This document shows positions 1 to 9,122 of a DNA stretch of 32,000 nt, piece after piece; position 1 is the first letter of the stretch, and every line of letters begins with the position of its first letter. Under the pieces are notes generated by a model. The model was not told the DNA's origin and did not search any database. It saw only the letters and a program-made list of their open reading frames with translations. The DNA comes from Mucisphaera calidilacus (lineage in GTDB: Bacteria; Planctomycetota; Phycisphaerae; Phycisphaerales; Phycisphaeraceae), in the NCBI RefSeq assembly GCF_007748075.1, contig NZ_CP036280.1:420001-452000 (forward strand). The letters are read 5' to 3'. Both the position numbers and the translations under genes were made by a program.

Positions 1-702
1 GCTGCCGCTCAGCGTCCAGAAGAAGTTGTCGTTGTCATCGAATGCGAGCCCGCCACTCACGTAGCTGCTCAGCGAGGCGTCGCCCACGATGCCCTGCAAC
101 TCCGCCTTGGTCAGGAAGACCGACAACGCGCCCTCGGTGGTGACCTTGATCACCTGGTCAGAACGATCCTCGTAGAGGTACATGTTGCCCGCGGCATCAA
201 ACGTGGATTCGCCACGGACCTGCAACTCCGTCAGCCCCGTCAGGGCCAGGATGTCCGTCGCCGTGATGAGTGTCGAGAGGTCACCGGTCGTGGTGTCGGC
301 ACGGTAGATAGCGTCGGTCGACTGGTCGAGAAACTGCAGGCTGCTGCCTAGAACCCGCGAGCGGCTCCCGGGCAGGATCGAGCTGTTCCCGGTGTAGGCC
401 AGCCAGTCTGCCGCAGAGACAAGCGTCGTCTTGACCGGGCTGTCGTCGAGGCTCTCGAGCTTCGTAATCTGCATGTCGAACGTCGGCGTGATACCGCTCT
501 CGACGTCACGCAGGATGAAGTAGCCGCTGTCGCCGGCGAAGGTGTGTGTCGACGCGTAATTGAAGTTCGAGGCCGTGCGGATACTGCCGATACTCCAAAG
601 CGTGTCGTAGTTGGCCTCGGCCGACTGCGACGGCAGCAGGCACGCCAACGCGAGCAGCAGTGATCCGAGTGTCAGGCGGTTGCGGTGTGTGTGGGTGAGC
701 AT
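1..702 (-). CDS. Secreted repeat protein of unknown function; the C-terminus lies beyond the left window edge (N-terminal ~234 aa present)
   Basis: Absent from the ORF track because it has no stop in the window. The minus-strand frame is open from 708 down to 1. The context GGGAGG-ATGATGATG (SD at 709-714) gives three in-frame ATGs at 708, 705 and 702; the third has a 6-nt spacer. The translation M(MM)LTHTHRNRLTLGSLLLALACLLPSQSAEA/NYDTLW... has a classic n-h-c signal peptide. The mature part shows ~35-50 aa repeats. Confidence 0.7.
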   Translation of the reverse strand, partial: MLTHTHRNRLTLGSLLLALACLLPSQSAEANYDTLWSIGSIRTASNFNYASTHTFAGDSGYFILRDVESGITPTFDMQITKLESLDDSPVKTTLVSAADWLAYTGNSSILPGSRSRVLGSSLQFLDQSTDAIYRADTTTGDLSTLITATDILALTGLTELQVRGESTFDAAGNMYLYEDRSDQVIKVTTEGALSVFLTKAELQGIVGDASLSSYVSGGLAFDDNDNFFWTLSGS

Positions 703-708
703 CATCAT

Positions 709-889
709 CCTCCCAGCAAAATAAAAGTAATTCCAAGCCTCTCTGACCGGCTCGAAACAGGCCATGCCTCCGTACCTGACAAGCTATCAGTATGCGGTGT
801 ACGCGGCCGTCATGTCGACAGAATTATGACATGATAATTGCATCTTAATAGCACAATATTAAACAATGATCGATGTTCCGTCAATGTCA
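709..889. promoter_or_regulatory. AT-rich intergenic island: 3' end of the giant-gene operon and probable promoter of the downstream secreted-protein gene
   Basis: Positions 822-889 are about 29% G+C by my count (20/68), in an otherwise GC-rich window. Small inverted repeats are present: ATGACAT 826-832 / ATGTCAT 884-890, CATGTC 811-816 / GACATG 829-834, and the palindrome TGTCGACA at 813-820. No clear GC-rich hairpin plus T-tract terminator is visible. Confidence 0.4.
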
Positions 890-3800
890 TTATGGATGCG
901 ATGACGCCTCTTGCCAACGCCCGTAATGCGGATAATCCATCGGGCGAATCACCTTGCCGCCGATTCGCAAGGACGTAAAACGACTGGGAGGCAGCACGCC
1001 GGCCTCGGCCATCTCAAGACTGAGCCGCTCAGACCGTTCGGGCCTGATCTCCCGGGCCGCATCGATGACGTACAGCCAGTCGCTCGAAGGCTGCGCGGGC
1101 CTGAGTGCCTCAGCGAAGGAAAGGGCCGATTCTGCCAGCGAGGCCGTCGGGCTGACGTGCCGCTGAATCGACGTCGACAGCAGGCAGGCAAGCCGCAAAC
1201 GGCTAGGTTCGCCCCCACGAACGGGCTGATCCGGATCAGCAAGCCGATCTAGAAGCAGGGTTCCCAGCTGCTCCGTGGCAGCCGGAGGCAGAGCATGCAA
1301 CAGCAACTCGGGATCTGCGGGCAGCACGCGAGGGTGTGTGCTGTTGAGCAAACGCCCCAAACGCTCCTCCACCACCTCCCATTCGCCCCGAAGGGTCGCG
1401 AGCCGGGTCTCCAGACGCAGGAGTTCTGAGGCGGCCAACGAGGCAGATGCGATCTCGGTCCAGCGGCCGATCTGATCAAGCAGTTGCTGCTGCCTGTCCG
1501 GTGTCAAAGCGGCTGCATGATCAGAAAGCAGCCTAAGGAGGGTCGACGACGGCACATCGACCGGCGTAGGTTGCAGGATCATCCCCAAGTCATGGGTATC
1601 GATCGGCTCGGGCACAGAGATCACCCTCGGCGTCAACCCTGCCCGCTGACGCGCGAGTAACCAGCGTTTGAGTAATTCAGCCCGCTCGGGCCTGTTCAGC
1701 GGGAGGACCTTCAGCAGCTGAGCGATCCGAGCGTCATCCGGTGCGTTGCTCGCTCGCCCCAGCCATGCGGCCAGCGACTCGCCAGCCGCAGCATCCGGGG
1801 TTTCCAGCCTCGACGCCGTGGCAGCAAGCAACCGCAGGTCAAGCAGGTCCGGCTCGTCCTGCTGAGCGATGCGCGCGGTGAGTTCTTCCACGAGTTCTTG
1901 GGTCCGTCCCGCTGCAACGGCCGCGTCGGCCAGGCCCTCGATCAGCCCCGGGACATCGTTGCGGTCCGGCGTCGCCGTCGAGAGCCGCGCCTGGTACAGC
2001 CTGTAAGCAAAGGGCTGAGGCGCCAGCTCTTCCCAGAGTGTTCTGCGTTCAGAAAGTCGCTCCGCCACATCCTGCCGATAGCCCACGATGCCGCCCGGTG
2101 TGGGGGATGACCACATACGCGGGGTGTAGAACCGTCGTTCAAGCTGCGTCTGGTTCAGGTACTGCAGCAACCGCTGTTCCGCAGACTGATGCTGACCGAG
2201 CGACGCACGCAAGGGCAGCGCCTCGATCGCCCCGAGGGTGCGTTCGTCGATCGAGGCGATCTGAAGCGCTCGCTCAGGCGACCCGAGCTGTTGCAACGCC
2301 TGACTCAGCGGGCGGGCCGTCTGCTGCTGAATCACCGACCGGTCATCACGAAGCGGCCAGAGCACATCCGCCATCGCCGGGAACCGATGTGTCTGCATCA
2401 GCAGATCAACCAGCCAGTTGCGCACAACCGGTTCGCCGGACACGCGTGCAAAGGCCTCGAGTGCAAGCTCCGCAGCAGAGGTCTCCATGCCCACGCCAGC
2501 GGCGGCCATGCTCGCCATCAGCAGCTCGTTGACAGCCGCCAGCCCCTGAGCGCGTCGGAGCTCCAGTTGATCCAGCCAGTCGCCAACGTCTGCCCGCAGC
2601 AACAGCGGCTGAGCGGCTTCCGCCAACGCGACCTGATCGGTCGTCAGCGTTGTCTGTGTGGCGAGTTGCCGCATCGCGTCCCTGGCCAGTTGGCTCGCCC
2701 TCGTCAATCGCTCTCGCCCGCCCGCCGCATGACACGCCTGCGCATGGATCACCATCACTGCAGGCTGCTCGGGGTGAAGCCCCAGAAGCGTTCCGCTCAT
2801 GGCCATCGCCAGCTCGGCACCCGCCGGCTGCTCCGACCATCCGCCCCGGCTCAGCATTGTGTAGGGACGAAACTTGTCGAGGGTCGGGACAGGTGTCCGC
2901 TCCACCAGATCGCTGAGGGTGTCACGCAGCGCGGGTGTCGGCACGCCGGCGATCCCCGCCGCGACCGCACGCAGCAGAGACCACCGCTCGGACGGGTCGC
3001 GACGCTCCCAGGCAAGCTCAAGGATGGAGCCTGCCTGCTGCTGACCGAGCAGGTTGATCATCGCGACCAAACGATGCGCAGGCACATCGTCTCTCGTCAC
3101 CGCGTCGATCAACCACCCGGGCATCCTCTCATCACGACCGGCATCCACACTCTGCCACGAACGCGTACGAAGCCAGGCAAGCACCCACGAGGCTTCCTGC
3201 CCCTGTTCCGCGACGTGGCGCAGACGATCGATGACACTCCGCTGATCGGCAGGCTCCAACGCGTGCCATCCGAGCGCCATCAGTTGCCTGAACCGCGCCT
3301 CACTCCGCTGTGCCGCCCGGTCATCCAGGAGGCTCTCGAGACCCGACAGGGTTGCCCGGGCGGTCAGATCCCGCCGCTGCGTTGCCAGTCCCAGCAACGC
3401 GGCACGAACAGCGTGCTCGGTATCCCACGCCGTCGAATCTTCCGTGAGTCGCTCCAGTCGGCGCTCGGTCTCCGCCTTGTCACCCTGCCGGAGTGCCTGT
3501 TCCGATAGGAGCAGGGCGGTTTCGCGCGTGTCTTCCGCGAGTACTACCTCAGACGGATGGAAGGCATGACGCATCCGCTCGATCCGAGCGGTAACCGTTT
3601 CGCTCTCGGCGAACGTCGCGATCAGAACCTCATCGCCGGACCGCGACGCCTCGGCTTGGTTCATCGCCAGAGCGGCAAAGCGCAGGGCATCCGTCGCGTA
3701 CAGCCACCGGGGGAATCGGTCGGCGCGGTCACCCGCCTGGTACAAGCCGGTGCTCAGATCGCCAGCCTGTTCAGCGAGTCGTTGGAACTCGCGAAGCGCA

Positions 3801-6800
3801 CGAGCCCGGTCAGGTTCGTTCAGCGAACAGAAGATCGCCCCCTCGACACATGGCCCGAAATAGGTCTGAATCTCACTGAGATCGCCGGCCACCCGCCGAC
3901 GACGCGTGGAGAGCAGATTGGGTCGCGGCTCATCGCTCGCACGGATCGGCATCCGCGCGAGGAGCACACCGACAGCATCGATGAAGCAACGCTGGGCCTC
4001 CTCCCACCGCCCCAGCTGGGTGTAGAGCGAGCCTTGCCGGTAGAGGAGGCTGACGTCGTCGGGCCGGATCAGCAACAGTTCCTGAATCAGCCGCTGCGCC
4101 ACCTCGGGACGCAGATTCTTCTCGTAACGCTTCGCCACCTGGGGGACGACGTTGTGCTTCTCGCCGAACTGGATCGCACGCTGAAAAGCCCGGTCCGCCG
4201 CACGCTCGTCATGGCGATCCAGGAGCATGTCGCCCAGATCGATCATCACCTGAGGGGGTACGGCATACCCCGTCGCGATCAGGCTCTGTCCGTACACCGC
4301 CGCGAGCCGCGAACGCCCGAGCGCTCGTGACCGCTCGACGCCCTCGCGCAGGAGCGTCGCCGAGCGATCGCCCGCCGCGATCAGCATCGGATTGATCCAG
4401 GACAACGCTGACTCCGTGTCCCCCAACGCCTCGTGCAGATCAACGACCGATCTGAGCAGGTAGGCACGATCAGGATGCTTCGCGGCACGCACCGTCGCGT
4501 AGCGCAACGCCACCTCCAGCAGCGCAGGCGGCGCGTCGAGATTGAGCAGCCCGTCCACACCCACGAGAAACAGGTCATCTTCCTCGGCCTGATCGACGAT
4601 CCGCAGCAGACGCGTGATGGCCTGCTGGCCTCGGCCCGCATCCTGCATCGCCCGGCCCCACAGCAGCCACAGCTCCACCTGCTGCGGGTCTTTCAGGAGC
4701 GTCAGACGGTAACGGTCGGCAGCAGAACCACTGTCGCCAAGCATCGCAAGGATGCCGGCAGCCAGCTCGTTGAGCCGCGCGGGCGGCAGCTCGCCCAAGA
4801 CACCGATCTGCTCGATGGCGTGGCGGGCCGTGTAGAGATCGCCTCGCTCGGCCGCAATCACGGTGCGTTGCTGCCAGTAATCGAGCGCCCGATCAGGATC
4901 GATCGCGATGAGCTGACCGAGCATGTCGTCGGCCAGACGAAGCCGACCGGTCTTGAGATACAGCTCGATGAGCTTCTCTCGAGCCGCTTCGGCGTCGTCG
5001 CCATCATCGGCCGGTGCCAACAGCACTTCCGTGGCCGACACCGGGTCATCGATACGCGCATACAGCGCGACCAGCATGCTCCGGGCTGCACGGTCCTGTG
5101 GGTTGTCATGAACCCGCGACTCCATATCAACGGCCAGACTGCCCAGCTCGGCGGTCTGGGCGGACAGCTCGAGCAGCTGCTGCTCGGCACGCTGACGCAG
5201 GGCCGGCGTCAAGGCGTTCTCCCACAGGTCCAGCCAGATCGCGCGCGCCCGCTCCGGCTGATCGCGCTGCGTGTGCAGCCACGCCAGATACGGGCCCAGC
5301 CTTTGCGCCGAAGCTCGATCAGAACCCTGCCCGAGTCGTTCAGAGAGCAGATCGATGGCCCGGTCCGGCTGGCCGATCTCGATATAAGCATCAGCCAGTC
5401 GTCGCGCGTCGCCATCATCCCCGACCAGGCCCGCGAGTCCGTCAAGGGTCTCCAGCGCCCGGGCCAGACTGCTGTGCTGCGCCTGGTGAGTCGCCCGGGT
5501 CAGTCCCACCCGCAGGCGATCCTTATCGCTGCCCTGATCGGCCAGCAATAAGATCGCCTCGGCAGCATCGTGACAGCCCGAGGCGTCAGCGGCTTCGGCG
5601 CACCAGAGCCGCTCGGAGAGCCCGCGAGCCTGACGGGCCGCCTCAAGAAACGCCTCGGCAGCCAGGTCACGCCTGCCATCGAGTGCCAGCACCTGGCCGA
5701 GACAGGCCTGCCAGAGACTCGAGCCCTGCTCAAGGGCGAGTTGCTCGATCGCCCGGATCGCAGTCCCTCGCGCTTCGGGGGCGTTGGCGACCGCAAACAA
5801 CTCGCGACGGAGCATGTTCGCGTCGTGACGCAGAACGCCCTGATCCGAGGGCCGAGCTGCCTCCGCGATCAGATCAATGACCTCGCTCGACTGTCCGGTC
5901 TGTCGCAGCAATGTGATCAGCGGCCAGAAGCGCTCAGACGGGATCGGACGCTGAACCAGCCAGTGCTTGATCAGTTCCCCTTCACGCCCCGACTCAACGG
6001 CGACCTGAAACTGCATCAGCGCAACAGACTGACGATCACGACGCCGCTCAGCGTGCTGCTCCGCGCGACGCAGCACCTCCATCGCCACGCTCGGGTTGCC
6101 GGCCCGACGCTCAACCTCCGCGAGCGTCATCAGATCCTGCGCCCCGGGTGTTTCCAGATCGTTCAGCAGGCCGATGGCACGGCCGTGATGGCCACGAAAG
6201 GCCAGGTAATGACCGACCCAGCGACGACCCGCCTCGTCGGGCAAGGTGATCGCGTCCTCCGCGGGATAAGACTGCGTTTCCGGCGACAACGCATACAGGT
6301 GCAGGAGCAGAGCCGTCCGCTCCTCCGGCGCTGCTTTCGCCAAGGCCTCCTCAAGGACCATGCCCGCCTCTTCAGGACGACCCGTTGCCTGAAGATGCCG
6401 CGCGAGGATGGTCAACTCAGCCACACCCGCCTCGCCAAGCCGACGGGCTTCCAGAGCGAGATCGATGCATCGCCCGGACAACCCGGCCTCGTCGGCCAGC
6501 GCGATGGCGATGTGCCGCTCTCCCGAAACCACCAGGCGCACGATCTGCTCATCGAGATCCAGATCATTCTCCAGCGAATCGATCAGCACCTGCTCCGCGC
6601 GTTCAAGAGTCGCCTCGGCGCGAGCACCCTCAGGCATCGAGTCAGCGATTACGCCCGATGTCAACATGCAGCAAATCAACGCCGACGGCACAACGCTGCC
6701 AGCCCTCTCACGCGCAACGAGTGAACGCAGCCTGCCCGGGAGGCTGAACCGGCGTATCGCCAACTCGCTCAGAACACCCAGCCACGCGAGAACCATCAAC

Positions 6801-9121
6801 CACAGCGTCGGATCCACGACACGCCATGGCGTGGGCGCGACGTCTGCCGAGGCCGGCGACGTGATGACCTGTTCGTGGGCCATCCTGCCGGGATGCTCCT
6901 CCATCCACAGACCCGCCACACCCAGCGGCTCCGCGCCCGGGGTCAGGGCTTCGAGCCTGAACGAACCGGTACGCCCGACCAGCAGGCGGCCGCTCCAGCG
7001 TCCGGGGCTCATCACATCCGGGATAGTCTGGCTGATGATCCGGCCCTCCCGATCCAGGCACCGCAGGATCAACGCGTCGTCGGCCGGCAGTGGTTTACCC
7101 CCGGTCCACCTGAGGTCACAGGACAGCCCCAACTCGACGCGTGTCGTATCGATGGCGATGCGCCGCTGCAGCTGCGGGGCCGCGAGCGAACTCATCCATT
7201 GACGCAGCCAGCGAGCCGTCTCGTCACGCTCATAGACGGAGTTGGCCAGCGGTCCGGTCAGCGATCCGGCCCAGACACCGGCACGCCCTCGCCCGTAACG
7301 CCAGTGCACCGCGAGCGGTTGATGACCGTCGATCGTCGCGCTGATGTGCCCCGTCGGCTTCTTCTCAAGACGCATCGCGTCCTCAGGATTAACCGGGGCC
7401 GTCAAGCCGATCGGCCTGCTGCCGCTGCCTCGAAACTGTGCCTGACTCTCTGATCCGCCTGGCGGGCTCTGCATCTGCTCGTCGATCTGCTTGAGGACGA
7501 TCTCGGGCAGGCGGAACCGGTCGGGTGCCTGGTAGGCGTGGCCGCCTCCCCACTGCGCGAGCGAGGTCAGGAACTGCGAGTGCTGCGCGGGACCGACAAG
7601 GACCGTCGACGTCGTGATCCCCGCCCGCCGCATCCGCTCGATCTTCTCGCGGAACGGCCCGGTCTCCACACCGCCATCCGTCAGGATCAGGACGTGCTTG
7701 AAACGCGTGCGCGTGTTCAGCAACGCGTAGTAAGCCTCGTCGACCGCGGGCAGGATGATCGTCCCGCCCCCGGGCGTCAGACGGTGAAGCCCACGCTTGA
7801 TCTCGATCTGATTCGACGCCGGCTGAAGCGGTGCGGCCCAACGCCTGGAGCCGTAAAACTCGACGATCCCGACACGGTCATGAGGCATCAGGCGACGGAT
7901 GGCGAACTCCGCAACCTGCTTGGCCAGTGGCATCCGAGCGCCACCCATACTCCCGCTGGTGTCAATGATGATGACAAGGGAAACACTCGGATCACGCTGC
8001 TCGATCGTCTGACGGTCGTAGGCCGGCAGCACCCCGGCCAGCGGGTCACGGCGTCCCGGCAGACCCTCCGGCCCGGCCAGCGCCAGCAGCCCCACGCCGT
8101 CACGCGCCGCTTCGGCCAGAACCGCCTGCGTCTGAGCACCCTGCCCGCTCAGCACAACGACAAGCTGTACCTGCTTCAGCGACGACGCGGTCAGGCCCTC
8201 TGCCCGCCTGCCCGTGACAAGCGCCGAGGCGCCCCAAAGCGAGCGCAGCCGGTCGACGCTGTCGGCGATGGCCTCCGCCTGATCGGCATGACCGACAACC
8301 GAGATCCGCATCGGCTCGAGTACCACCATCGCAGCGCGGGCTTCTCGCTGGATGTTGCCCCGCACGTCGACGTGCTCCGCGGCCAGCACATACAACCCCG
8401 GCCGTTCCGGTGCCGTCAGTCGAACCGGGAACGAGGCTCGTTCAGGCACCAGAGTCACAGAACGCCGCGTCTCATCGACGCCCTCCACACGCACAAGAAG
8501 CTCATCCCCCTCCGACACACCGCCATCAAACATGGCGCTGACCACAATCTCGGAACCGGGCAGGGCGTTGTTCGGCGTATCGAGAACCAGCCTCAATGCC
8601 TCTCCTGCAGAATCCCCATACCCACGCAATCGGATACCCTCGGCCGGCAGGCGATGGAGCGACAGATCAAGACCCGCTATCCAGTTCTCGGGCATCCAGA
8701 GTTCGGACGCGCCCGGCGGCAGCAACGCCGATGCAACCGCAAGCACGTCGCCAGGACGTTCACGCCCGAAGGCGGTTGTCCCGTCATCACCCCCAGGCGG
8801 GCGGCTCCAGTTCCAGCGCGAAGCAGGCTCAATCCTTAAGTCTCCCTCCGCGACAGTAACCCTGATCGACGGCTCTGAGGGAATCTCGGCCGCGTCAGAG
8901 CCCGTCGTGAGAATGACCGCAGAGGAAACAGCCGTCTCCGCAGCAAGCCACCTCGGCCCCGCCGCCGCGAGCGCTAACGCGAGGATCACCACGCATCGAA
9001 CGATCAGCAGCAGAACCGGCCTGATCCGCCAGCGTTGCGATGACCCGCGTCGCCACCACCACGCAGCAGGCAAGGCGCTCAGCAGCAGCAGACACAACCA
9101 GACGGGGGCAGCCAACCACAT
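890..9121 (-). CDS. Giant (2743 aa) membrane protein: BatA_N-like double-TM anchor, VWA domain with complete MIDAS, third TM helix, then ~1950-aa TPR-like helical repeat region
   Basis: Uninterrupted 8.2-kb ORF. N-terminus MWLAAPVWLCLLLLSALPAAWWWRR...VLLLIVRCVVILALALAAAGP gives two TM helices. The VWA domain reads VSLVIIIDTSGSMGG (DTSGS at 7949-7963)...TPGGGT...VLILTDGG. A TM helix TLWLMVLAWLGVLSELAIRRF lies at ~6746-6816. The remainder is Leu/Ala/Arg/Glu-rich with TPR-type segments, e.g. YLKTGRLRLADDMLGQLIAIDPDRALDYW. The start lies 1 nt after the stop of the upstream gene (TGAGATG). Confidence 0.9.
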   Translation of the reverse strand: MWLAAPVWLCLLLLSALPAAWWWRRGSSQRWRIRPVLLLIVRCVVILALALAAAGPRWLAAETAVSSAVILTTGSDAAEIPSEPSIRVTVAEGDLRIEPASRWNWSRPPGGDDGTTAFGRERPGDVLAVASALLPPGASELWMPENWIAGLDLSLHRLPAEGIRLRGYGDSAGEALRLVLDTPNNALPGSEIVVSAMFDGGVSEGDELLVRVEGVDETRRSVTLVPERASFPVRLTAPERPGLYVLAAEHVDVRGNIQREARAAMVVLEPMRISVVGHADQAEAIADSVDRLRSLWGASALVTGRRAEGLTASSLKQVQLVVVLSGQGAQTQAVLAEAARDGVGLLALAGPEGLPGRRDPLAGVLPAYDRQTIEQRDPSVSLVIIIDTSGSMGGARMPLAKQVAEFAIRRLMPHDRVGIVEFYGSRRWAAPLQPASNQIEIKRGLHRLTPGGGTIILPAVDEAYYALLNTRTRFKHVLILTDGGVETGPFREKIERMRRAGITTSTVLVGPAQHSQFLTSLAQWGGGHAYQAPDRFRLPEIVLKQIDEQMQSPPGGSESQAQFRGSGSRPIGLTAPVNPEDAMRLEKKPTGHISATIDGHQPLAVHWRYGRGRAGVWAGSLTGPLANSVYERDETARWLRQWMSSLAAPQLQRRIAIDTTRVELGLSCDLRWTGGKPLPADDALILRCLDREGRIISQTIPDVMSPGRWSGRLLVGRTGSFRLEALTPGAEPLGVAGLWMEEHPGRMAHEQVITSPASADVAPTPWRVVDPTLWLMVLAWLGVLSELAIRRFSLPGRLRSLVARERAGSVVPSALICCMLTSGVIADSMPEGARAEATLERAEQVLIDSLENDLDLDEQIVRLVVSGERHIAIALADEAGLSGRCIDLALEARRLGEAGVAELTILARHLQATGRPEEAGMVLEEALAKAAPEERTALLLHLYALSPETQSYPAEDAITLPDEAGRRWVGHYLAFRGHHGRAIGLLNDLETPGAQDLMTLAEVERRAGNPSVAMEVLRRAEQHAERRRDRQSVALMQFQVAVESGREGELIKHWLVQRPIPSERFWPLITLLRQTGQSSEVIDLIAEAARPSDQGVLRHDANMLRRELFAVANAPEARGTAIRAIEQLALEQGSSLWQACLGQVLALDGRRDLAAEAFLEAARQARGLSERLWCAEAADASGCHDAAEAILLLADQGSDKDRLRVGLTRATHQAQHSSLARALETLDGLAGLVGDDGDARRLADAYIEIGQPDRAIDLLSERLGQGSDRASAQRLGPYLAWLHTQRDQPERARAIWLDLWENALTPALRQRAEQQLLELSAQTAELGSLAVDMESRVHDNPQDRAARSMLVALYARIDDPVSATEVLLAPADDGDDAEAAREKLIELYLKTGRLRLADDMLGQLIAIDPDRALDYWQQRTVIAAERGDLYTARHAIEQIGVLGELPPARLNELAAGILAMLGDSGSAADRYRLTLLKDPQQVELWLLWGRAMQDAGRGQQAITRLLRIVDQAEEDDLFLVGVDGLLNLDAPPALLEVALRYATVRAAKHPDRAYLLRSVVDLHEALGDTESALSWINPMLIAAGDRSATLLREGVERSRALGRSRLAAVYGQSLIATGYAVPPQVMIDLGDMLLDRHDERAADRAFQRAIQFGEKHNVVPQVAKRYEKNLRPEVAQRLIQELLLIRPDDVSLLYRQGSLYTQLGRWEEAQRCFIDAVGVLLARMPIRASDEPRPNLLSTRRRRVAGDLSEIQTYFGPCVEGAIFCSLNEPDRARALREFQRLAEQAGDLSTGLYQAGDRADRFPRWLYATDALRFAALAMNQAEASRSGDEVLIATFAESETVTARIERMRHAFHPSEVVLAEDTRETALLLSEQALRQGDKAETERRLERLTEDSTAWDTEHAVRAALLGLATQRRDLTARATLSGLESLLDDRAAQRSEARFRQLMALGWHALEPADQRSVIDRLRHVAEQGQEASWVLAWLRTRSWQSVDAGRDERMPGWLIDAVTRDDVPAHRLVAMINLLGQQQAGSILELAWERRDPSERWSLLRAVAAGIAGVPTPALRDTLSDLVERTPVPTLDKFRPYTMLSRGGWSEQPAGAELAMAMSGTLLGLHPEQPAVMVIHAQACHAAGGRERLTRASQLARDAMRQLATQTTLTTDQVALAEAAQPLLLRADVGDWLDQLELRRAQGLAAVNELLMASMAAAGVGMETSAAELALEAFARVSGEPVVRNWLVDLLMQTHRFPAMADVLWPLRDDRSVIQQQTARPLSQALQQLGSPERALQIASIDERTLGAIEALPLRASLGQHQSAEQRLLQYLNQTQLERRFYTPRMWSSPTPGGIVGYRQDVAERLSERRTLWEELAPQPFAYRLYQARLSTATPDRNDVPGLIEGLADAAVAAGRTQELVEELTARIAQQDEPDLLDLRLLAATASRLETPDAAAGESLAAWLGRASNAPDDARIAQLLKVLPLNRPERAELLKRWLLARQRAGLTPRVISVPEPIDTHDLGMILQPTPVDVPSSTLLRLLSDHAAALTPDRQQQLLDQIGRWTEIASASLAASELLRLETRLATLRGEWEVVEERLGRLLNSTHPRVLPADPELLLHALPPAATEQLGTLLLDRLADPDQPVRGGEPSRLRLACLLSTSIQRHVSPTASLAESALSFAEALRPAQPSSDWLYVIDAAREIRPERSERLSLEMAEAGVLPPSRFTSLRIGGKVIRPMDYPHYGRWQEASSHP

Positions 9122-9122
9122 C

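Noticed and set aside
506-736. 76-aa ORF on the minus strand near the left edge.
   Set aside because: It is out of frame with, and overlapped by, the better-supported signal-peptide ORF (1-702), and it would span that gene's SD/start region.
2189-8839. Long plus-strand ORFs inside the giant gene (2189-3508, 4433-5551, 5570-6724, 6408-7202, 7538-8839 and others).
   Set aside because: They are antisense to an 8.2-kb ORF with clear domain content. Their translations are Arg/Pro/Gly/Gln-rich with no recognisable motifs, signal peptides or RBS. Such shadow ORFs are expected in high-GC DNA, where stop codons are rare on the opposite strand.
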